Assembly (NCBI RefSeq): GCF_000143415.4 | Contig: NW_003314364.1 | Span: forward strand, 606,592-647,778 | Direction of reading: 5' to 3' | DNA length: 41,187 bases | From: Selaginella moellendorffii | Lineage: Eukaryota > Plantae > Lycopodiophyta | In this document: one piece after another, positions 11,185 through 20,415 of the stretch | How the letters are laid out: each line of letters begins with the position of its first letter | Position numbering within the stretch: position 1 is the first letter of the stretch | Made by a program: the position numbers and the translations under genes | The notes under the pieces: generated by a model | Told to the model about the DNA's origin: nothing | Database searches by the model: none | The model's input: only the letters and a program-made list of their open reading frames with translations

Positions 11185-14100
11185 ATGGTAAGTCTTTTAG
11201 GCCAAGTAGAAAATGGCATGAGGCCACATGCCATTCAGTAGCAACATTGGCATGTACCCATTGGGCTCTCGAGTGCAGTCCGGTTACAGATGACGTGTAG
11301 CCTCACGCCATCTTAGGATGCAGCCTCAAGACATCTGATGCAGTGGTGAATGGCGTGTGGCCTCACGTTATTTCCAGCTGCTAGCTTTTCATCTGTCAGC
11401 TCTAATTGTTGTGCATTTCTGAACAGGCGAGGAATTGCGTTCTTCCTCCAGCCACTTTCAATGTGGATGCAGAGAAGGGGAAGGAGCTCACCAGTTGGAC
11501 TTTCGGGATGGAAGGCGAGGATCTGAGGCTGTACAACACAGATGGTGGGAGAAAAGAATGCATGGGGATCCTCATCCAAGTGACAGACACTCCATGCAGT
11601 TCCATGCAAGAATATGGACTGGCACTTGTGGTAGAGACAACGTCCGCCTTCAAGATCCACCTTGCACATCCTAGCGGCTTCCCGGAGGGGGGCAATAGCT
11701 ATGAGGAATTCCTAGAGGGAGCTAGGGAGAGGTTGTCCAGGAGGCCCACAATTTCAAAGACGCTGCGGGTCTATGAAGATCACATGGAATCCATGGACCT
11801 CAGCTACGGCGATGTTCAAAAACTATATTCCAACATTGAGCCGTTGAGAGTGCCTCCAGTTCGCAAAGCGAAGGGGAAGGGGGTCGATCTGGAAACTACC
11901 CCGAAGCAGAAAAGGGTGGTCAAGCTCAAGCCGACGTCCGACTCTCCTGCTCCAAAAAAGAAGCTACTCGATGATGCCATTGCCTCAGGTTCGAACACTA
12001 CACCCACCAAAAAGAAGAGCCGCAAAGAGCACAAAGAGCAAGAAGAGGCAGCAAAAATCGTCGCAGATAATAGTACTTGTTACTATTCCAACAAAGTATA
12101 TACAATCGACGTGAGCCGTATCGACATCCAAAGAAAATACAACCATAGGCTAGTATCTGATGAGTGGGTGGAGAAACTGAAGCAAAAGATGCTGGCAAGT
12201 CCAGTAACACCCGACATCGCAGACATGATCCCCTACTACCGAACAATGAAGGGCGAGACGAGGTTTCCAGACTTGATCAATAGGAAGGTGTTGGACGATC
12301 AGAACATCCAGTTCTATACCGTCTCCGAGCAGCATTCTAGCTTGGCGATGCAAGAGATAGTTGTGGATATTATGGTGGGCGAGGAGGTGAAGAAAGTCTT
12401 CAAAACAAGAGTTGTCCACCTGATAAAAGGCAACTCGCCCCTCCGATCTATCATATACATCTCCCACGCATAGAATGTCAAGCAAGAAATGTGCTACAAA
12501 TCGGGTCTGCATGAGACATTGGCACGAACACGGAAGCTCTGGGTTCAACTGAAGAAGCCACAAAAACCAGGACAAGGACGTGCACTAGCAACTAGTGCCT
12601 GGCAGGTAAGCCTCGTTGCATGTGGCATAGCATGTGGCCTCATGCCATTTCCATTGCAGGAATTCTCGAGTCTTCTCTCGAAAACACTGGGGGTCAATGA
12701 CACACTCAGCATCCATAACATTCTACTCGCGACAAAAGTTGTTTTTGACAAATGGGTAGATGTGCTGAGGAGGTACCATGACGGGGAGTTGCTAAACTCA
12801 ATGGGTGTGGAGGACGGCCGGAAGCCCAATGATTTGAAGCTCAACGCCTTGCGTTTCTCGCGGTCTCTAGATGACGACGACCTTCTGACAGTGGCTAATG
12901 CTCTTCTACTTGGTGAGGTAGTCTTCAACAAGACCAAAATGACTCCCGGCCATATTGTGACATACGAGGACTTGTGCACGACTCTGAGAGCTCGTGCACT
13001 ATTGAAGGATTGGATCTTCGAGCAAGTGGCCGTGGAGAGGGTGAGCATCGACACCACGCAAGAGATGATGGAAGCGCTGGAGTTGTCAAATGAAGACATC
13101 GACGAGTACGTGAAGGGGGCCCCCAAGTTCATCGATCTGCTGCGGGATGCCACGAAAAGTAAAGCTGAGAAGTTAGATCAGTATCCAAATTTCATTAAGA
13201 GGGATGTCGACTGCCGGCTTCAGAAACAGCTCGACCCCGTAGCAGAGGCCTATCGAGAACCTTACTGGGTATACGTGAATTCGGATGAGGATCAAAGGTG
13301 GAGGAGCATCGTTTCCCGCGGAGATGAGCAGGTCAAGAACATCTTTTGTGTGATGGACTTCACAAACGAGGAGATCACTCATGCAGACGAAGTTAGCTCC
13401 ATCATTGACTTAATGGTGGGACTTGCGGAGGTGGAATCTTCAGTCCACTATATGATCTACGACTCCGAATCCTATCACAAGTTCTAGAAGGCCTTGAACG
13501 AGGTGAAGGCTCGGTTGAAAGGCAAGGAGATGCGGGAGATCCATGGGATAATGGCTAAGAAGAAGATACCAACGAATGTCCGCATCTTCACACTCGCCCT
13601 TATTATTGGTCCTGCAGCAGAGTGGGACTGGAGTGACTTCCCAGCTTCGTTCGACAAGGCCGATCGAATTGATCTGAGGGAGGTCAATTTACCCGTGCCT
13701 GAGGAACTGAAGACGGCTATGGAGCTTTCGAATCCAAAGAAAGCTCCAGGTGCAGCATGGGAAATGCTTAGCTGGGTCTTCAACGCAATAGCGGGTGGGT
13801 CACCTGCTTCCGACTCTAAGGGCAAATGCGTTGTCGAGTACAACTGCGGCGGACTATTCTTTCGAGCCGCACTACTCAAGGGTGTCCCGTGTGTTGCGGT
13901 GACAAACTCCATTGAAGAGGTGACTTCAATGGAGCATATAATTACAGTTGCCAAAGAAAAACAGTATCTTCTCTGCGAACCTGATGAGTACGCACTTTAA
14001 GTTTAAATGTTATCTCACAAGCTCTGTATGCAGGAGCGTGGCCACCCCCAGATGCTGAAACGGCGTTAACAGCTACTGTTGAAGATACCCATATTGGGCC

Positions 14101-16788
14101 GAGCTCACAACCTGCACAAGGTAAGGTCACGTGAGGCCTCATGCCATTTTGATTATAGATCGTTGTGAATATTCAGACACGAGGACTGAAAAGCACACTG
14201 GTGGCGCGTCGAAGAAGGACAAACAAACAAGCAATAGGAAAAAAGGAGGTACAAATTATATTTGCAATGGCGTGTGGTCTTATGCCATTCCTTGCAGGAG
14301 ACACTTCTTCAAAGGCAAAATAGGCAAGCACCAGCCAAGCTCAAACTAACAGTGGTCATAAAAAGCGAAAGCACATTGGACAGTCGTCGGGATCAGAGGC
14401 GTTTGATTCGAAAAGGAAGAAGGGCAACGAAAAGATGATAGGTAATGCCTCGCGGTTATGGCGTGTGTGCTCATGCCATTCATTGCAGATCAAGGGCTAA
14501 GTGAAAGCAGCCAGTCACCACCTCCTGACTCAGATTCCTATGGCGGACTCCCCTTCCCCAATCTCAATGGAGAGGTACAATGGATGAGGGATGCTTTTCA
14601 AGTCAGGGCCACGTTTTTCTCATCTCGTCGTCTTCAAAGGGTGCAAGAACGTGCAGAAACCATGTTAAGACAGTCGGGTGAGGATACGGTCCTAGGTCAC
14701 GCACTAAAACAGGCTATGGATGTCTTGTATTTTGAGATGGAGACTCGGCCAGATGATTTTCCCAAGATGGTCCTGGAAGAACAAGCCATCCAGCCTGAGC
14801 AGCCTATGGAAGAAATGCAGGAGGGGGATGAGGAGCCAGAGAAAGATAATGAGCAGGAAGAGCAGAAGGACGAAGAGGAGGACAAAGAAGAGGAGGACGA
14901 AGAAGAGGAGGACGAAGAGGACTTGGATGGTCCTCACAATGGTGATGATCACAATAACGACGACAACGATAATGATGACGATGGCCAGCCTGAGGTGGCC
15001 AAAGAGCAGCGGAGGAAGGTCATACAAGACAAACCATCAGGTAAATAATAGTACATCCATTCCTAACCTTTTACCATTTCTAACATTGTCCATGTAGGTC
15101 GCAGAGCAAATGGTAAGTAGAGATTATTCAGTTGAATTAAGATACAAACTCTGCCAAGCAAGGGTCGAAACGTATGTCCAATCCTTCAGAATCAGCAGTG
15201 CACCCAAGTGATATCGGTCCTAATTCTTCAATAGCAGTTGATGGTAAATACAGTATAGTCGATTCAATGTGCTAATGAGTTTGTTTTTAGTAGCTAGTAG
15301 GGAGGATACCATCTCAATCGAAGGGAGATATTTGGACATGCATATGGATCTGCCAATGGACTCTACTTGCCTGCAAGAGTCATCAGAGCTGGTGGAGGCT
15401 ACTATCCATATCAACGCCAAGCAAGCTGACCACGCTCCACTTGATGTTGCCCATACCACTGAGTCAATCTTGTCCATGTATCCAACTGACGGTGACCAGG
15501 CGCCATTGGACCCGCATGAGGCCGCCCCAGCCGCCGATCCGGTCGTATCCTCATTTCCAACGGACTCAACGTGTGCCCAATTGTCTGACTACGCGCCGTT
15601 GGAACCTCCCTACACCGCCCCTGCTGCCTGTTCGGTCATGTCCACTTTGCCAACGGAGGCACCAGCTGAAATGGCGTGTGATCACACGCCATCGGAACCA
15701 CCCCATGCCACTGTTGAGCCAGTTGTACCAGAGTCTACAGCTGAAATGGCATGTGCCCACACGCCATCAGATGCGATTGACCCCACATTGCAGAGGAGAG
15801 TATTTCCGCCCTTCACATTTCCTCGACCAAAACCCTCTCAATGACCATCGGGAGCACCATTCGCTAATATTGTAGATGGTAAAATTGACTTGTACCATTT
15901 TTTATGCTGACGCATTTCATTTCAGAGTCACGGCGAAGGTACTGTATCGTTTTTTATCTGAACGGTGTCCTTTTCTCCCATGAGCGTGGCTCGTCCTCAA
16001 ATGTCACTGCACCCTCCAAAGCCTGCGGTCGCAAGTTGGTCAAAAGAGACAGATTCACATTAATCACACGGGAGAAACTGCGGGATCTAATAATGACCAT
16101 GCGACACTTAAAACAGAGGGCCGGGTTCAATTTGCAATTGGGAGTTTGGACATCCATGATGCGCCACAATGCATTAATGTTGCTACAGATGATGCACAAT
16201 CAGACGCGAGTAATATTACCATTTGACTTTCTCCTAACGCAGGAGGATTGCTTGACTATGGTCCATATGAGGGGTAGCAAGCCCATCTTCGTCAAGCCAG
16301 AGGCTGTAGTGATGAACTGGACTGCTAGGTCAAGTGAAATCCTCATCATCGATGACTCGCCAATTAAAACTGCAGCGAACACGCACACATATGCAGTGCA
16401 CCCCATCTCTTGCAATATGGAAACTAGGGAGAAGAAACCGTATGTTCTGGGGGACCTTGCAAAACGGCTTGGAGCGATGGTGATGGAGATTTGGTCAGTC
16501 CAGGAGATGGCTGCAGAAATCAACCAAATGGCAGATGGAACGGTATATCAGAAGCCATTTGATCGGACAAACACCAGTCATCATTTATGGCATGTATATT
16601 GTCTAGCTAAGCACTATCCGCATCTCCATAATCTGCTCAACCGGATGGGTTCTTCGACCACTGAACATGAGCGTGGACGTATTAGAGAAGAGATGGCATT
16701 ACTATTGGGTTTAAATCCTGATAGTGTGGAGAGTGATGAAATTCCAAGATTATTGTATAGGTGTTGGAGACAAAAAATAACAGTCTGA
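11185..16788 (+). pseudogene. Multi-exon transposon accessory gene: ParB/Srx-like, degenerate N4/N6-MTase-like, acidic low-complexity and FCP1/HAD phosphatase-like domains (~1600 aa)
   Basis: Predicted exons are 11185-11187, 11427-12605, 12660-~13987, ~14034-14120, 14177-14248, 14298-14441, 14489-15040, 15098-15112, 15190-15243, 15291-15878 and 15926-16788. The GT-AG introns keep the frame except at the unresolved 13988-14033 junction. In-frame stops lie at 12471, 13485, 14321 (TAG) and 15842 (TGA). Confidence 0.7.
15926..16788 (+). CDS. FCP1/NIF-type HAD-superfamily phosphatase domain (last exon of the accessory gene)
   Basis: Motifs are CIVFYLNGVL (DLNGVL motif I with D>Y), LGVWTSMMRHNA, and ILIIDDSPIKTAAN...AVHP. 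Confidence 0.8.
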
Positions 16789-17203
16789 GATGGCATGTAT
16801 TTATTTAAAAATGTAACTTATTATGGCATGGGGTTCCATGCCATTGTATTAATATTAAAAGACAATTCTTTGAGAGGATTTGCATTATACTAGAAGTGTT
16901 ACAGCATGTTATTGGAAGTCTACGAAGTTGTTTTATTAATAAGGGGAAAGTAAAGATTGAATGGGGACTTGGGCTCCACCTAGACTCGGAGCAACTGAGC
17001 CAATATTAAAAGGATGGAAAGAAATTGGACGACGATGACAAGGAGAAGAGAGAGGTGAAGCAGTGGCAGGGGGAGGAGAAGTGATTGAGTAGACATTTCC
17101 TTGTTTATAATAAAATGGCATGTGCCTCAATGTAGTTGAATTTTGTTATATTTATATACTATATAAAGGTTTGGAAACCTTATTTTACAAGTGGGATAAT
17201 GAC

Positions 17204-17230
17204 AATTCCCACTTTAACAAAATAGAGCTT
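17204..17230 (-). repeat. Right terminal inverted repeat
   Basis: Inverted match to 3938-3964, followed by the TTTA TSD. Confidence 0.88.
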
Positions 17231-17365
17231 TTTATGAAGTTGCAAAACTTGAGAGTTGAATTTCTTACCTTAAACCCAAAAGTTTAAGATTTTCACCATA
17301 TTTAGTCTATCTCGGAGTTGGATTTAGAGTCTGAGGTCTGGGATTGGGCATAGTGTCATTGGCCA

Positions 17366-17888
17366 TGTAAACTCCTGAATTTGGACTTCTCAGGAGGTCA
17401 CTCAACTTAGTATTATTCAAACCCAAAGATGCTTAATCCTAAATATCCCAAGATCCTTAATTGATTGGAAAAGGGGGTGCACTTTTATTCATGGGCTTTT
17501 TCCCTTTATATTTACAACATGACATTCCTCAGGTCATTGTCTATGTCTTCCCTACATTCTTACTGTTGTTAAGACAGGAAGAATGTAGCACCAAAGACTT
17601 CTCTCACACCTAGCTTGAAGGGCTAACAATAAGTATATGTAAAGAGACAAGACACCAATGTTTTACAAATGCCATTCTCAACATTCCACTAGTTTGTACA
17701 CAACCAAAGAGAACAACTTGAAAGACAATCCATGGGGTTTAAATATAGAAGGAAAGGGCCCATAAATAAGAGTGCATCCCCTTTTTTAATCAATTAAGGG
17801 TTTTAGGATATTTAGGATTAAGTGTCCTTGGGTTTAAATAGTATTGAGCTAGATGACCTTCTGGAAAGTCCATATTCAGAATTTTACA
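17366..17888. repeat. Two LTR 3'-end copies in inverted orientation (~150 bp arms)
   Basis: 17366-17514 is the reverse complement of 17740-17888. The right copy ends in TTACA followed by the primer-binding site TGGTATCAGA. The same family occurs at ~34180-34425. Confidence 0.75.
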
Positions 17889-18526
17889 TTTGGTATCAGA
17901 AAGGTCTCAGGTCCAACTATATTGGTTGGCTAAAGGAATTATACCACATGTTGATTAACATTTGAGAGGTTCCATTTGCTCTAGTTGGGCTCAACCTGAG
18001 GGATAGGGTGTCAAAAGAGTGGGACTCTTAGGAGAGTTGCAACTCTTAACTTCCATTCACGAGGGCATGAACTTGTAGGGAAGCATGATGAATTATAAGT
18101 AACCAAAGAGAATGACTCGAGAAATGATACATAGGGTTTGTAGTGTGGTTGATAGTATTCTTGCTCTTCTAGGAGAGTCACTTGGTTGTGGTATTTGGAA
18201 TAGGGCTAAACAAGTATGGATGTGAAACCTATTGCCTATGGGGCATTCTTCCCCACTATGGGTAGGTGACCAGCATGCTTGCTGTATTCTCTCCCATAGC
18301 TGCACCAAGTTGGCTTCCTCATGTGAGCATAGGTCACTCATCTGTATCCGTGTTGGGGAGTTGTTCTTTTCCCAGTGTGCAGTGGCCTATGCACATCTCG
18401 GTTTGTGGTATTTGGAATTCTGGATGCCCAAGTGAATTGAGCCATTTTCTGGGTGCAGTAGCAAGAGCTACTAGATAAAAAACAAAAATTCTGAGGGTAC
18501 AATTCATATTGCCCAAGGTGAACCAA

Positions 18527-18684
18527 AATTATGGTAAGGTGTGAGCTACAGGAAGTTGCATCCCCAACTCCCCCTCACAATTATGGTAGGGTGTGAGCCA
18601 TGGGAAGTCACATCCCCAGCTCCCCCTTGGAAGTATGGTAGGGTGAGAGCCATGGGAAGTCGCATCCACTCACTTCCCCTTGGA
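18527..18684 (+). repeat. ~52-bp tandem repeat, 3 copies
   Basis: The unit TATGGTAGGGTGTGAGCCATGGGAAGTCRCATCCCCAGCTCCCCCT occurs three times. Confidence 0.85.
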
Positions 18685-20415
18685 CTGGTACTTGCAGTCG
18701 ACATGTATTAGTCACCATGTCCAAGATGGCCTACAAGCTCACCTCTCCAAGTCCTTGGACTCAGTCATGGTGACATTGGACTGGTATTCGCAGTTGAACT
18801 GTATCGGACACTAACTCCAAATGAAAGACGGGTTGGAGGTCACCGTGTCCAAGTCCTTGGACTGCAACACATGGCACCTAACTCAAAGGGGCAATTAAGC
18901 TGGGATCAGATCAGATACAGACTCCAAATCTGTTGACATATGGCAAGGGAAACTTCAAAGATGCAAGCCCGGCTGCCCAGGTTCGGCCTTTGTCCAGGTT
19001 AAAGCTGGGCAGACCAGCTTGCCCACTCCAGGAGTTTCCATATCCAAGCAAGAAACAATGCTATACACAGGTTCAAAACCAGAGAGGGAGCACCACATAA
19101 AGCTTGAGCTGGGAATCAGATGGGACAGAAAATCTGAATCTAATGACACAAGGCAAGGGCAACTTGAAGGGAGCAACAAGGCTGCCCAGATTTGGCCTTT
19201 GTCCAGGGTGAACCTGGCAGACTGGAAACCTGTTGGCTGTAAATTCAACTTTGTGAGCGATTTCAGTCAGGAAATGGATGGGTCAAAATCATTTCTATCC
19301 ATAGCCTTTTCTGGAAACTCACTTGACAATATTAGATGAAACGTTGCATTGATCTAGAGAAAATCATTAGATATCAATCATTTTTTATTTTCACTAATAG
19401 AAAGCTATCTGAAAATCCCCTAGTCAAAAGGTCTAATACATTTAAGCAAAGCATGTCATACAGAAGGACCTTGTTTGTTCTAAGAAAGAAAGGCATATAA
19501 AGGCCTGTGAGACTTGGATATTAATACATACAAGGTAGATTTGCACCATCTTAGAATAAATTTTGAAAAAACACTTTTCCTATGCTCCGCCAAAACCTAC
19601 AGCCAGGCTTTTGTGCAGTGTTGTGCATTGCCAACACGATCAAAGCTCAGCTCTCCAGCTCACCTCTGCTTGTATAGGGTGTGCCTGGCCAAAACCTCTA
19701 AAACAACTCAAGCACAAACTGGGATTATCGTTGGATGTGATGAGCATCCGAGAATGGCAAGCGCAAAAATCCTATTGGCAACACTGAAGGGCTACAAGTT
19801 CTCACTCTGCCAGTGGAGAGAAATGCAGTGCAGCAGTGAAGTGGACTAGCTGTTCTGTTTCTTTTTGGACAGGCAGGAAGAGGAAGAGTAATGTCACCCC
19901 ATTGACAACATGACACTCGCTCTCATAGATAAAATGTGAAGCTCACTGATGATCATTAGGAGCTCCTTGTGCACCAGTAAAATCTTGAGTGAGAAGTGCT
20001 ATGATTTAAGTCTTTACTTTTTATACCAACAGTAACATTCTTTTCTGTCATTGTCTCAGCAAACCATCAATGAAGGATGGTTGACAATCATCTCACCAAG
20101 TATGCTAGCTCCATTGCAGCAGAGTGATCTTATTTGGCAATTCATAATCCAAACTCATGTCTCTAGGAAATCAGAAAACTTAATGTGAGGCAGCCATAGA
20201 GAAAGAAAACAAAGAAAGTGTCTGTCTCCAAAAACCTATGGAGTGGAGAAGTCATGATAAAGATGCTCATGAAACAGTGCATGCTACTTAACAATCAGAA
20301 TTAGCAAAAGCTTACCATCGAGATAGTAAGATTCGAAATCTATAACCACTCACCCACAATTGCTCCTGATCCTCCCCCCTAGGGCCAGTCATGGAGCCTT
20401 GGTGCTAGTGCCCAC

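Larger units (their letters stand above)
4164..17136. repeat. Dispersed 22-bp palindrome family ATGGCRTG-(WGGCCW-like N6)-CAYGCCAT, ~25 copies
   Basis: Copies start near 4164, 4480, 4569, 5089, 5169, 5329, 5475, 6817, 6874, 8720, 8790, 8888, 9500, 9575, 10432, 11213, 11290, 11350, 12627, 14126, 14267, 14458, 15671, 15746 and 16823. Half or degenerate sites lie at ~4977, 16790 and 17115. Confidence 0.95.
3938..17230. mobile_element. 13.3 kb TIR DNA transposon (Sola-like) carrying an accessory gene
   Basis: The left end AAGCTCTATTTCGTTAAAGTGGGATTT matches the reverse complement of the right end, AAGCTCTATTTTGTTAAAGTGGGAATT. TTTA flanks both ends (3934-3937 and 17231-17234). A DDD transposase lies inside, and the palindrome family is confined between these ends. 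Confidence 0.88.

Noticed and set aside
10773-11300. ORFs rich in R/S/H/A
   Set aside because: This is low-complexity CGCACT-type leader sequence, open in several frames on both strands.
4164-17136. Palindrome family as a CRISPR array or bacterial REP elements
   Set aside because: Spacing is irregular, there are no cas genes or RAYT, and the context is eukaryotic with spliceosomal introns.
19514-19849. Weak BRCT-like pattern (IIVGCDEHPRMASAKILLATLKG...W)
   Set aside because: The resemblance is too weak and no supporting exon structure was found.
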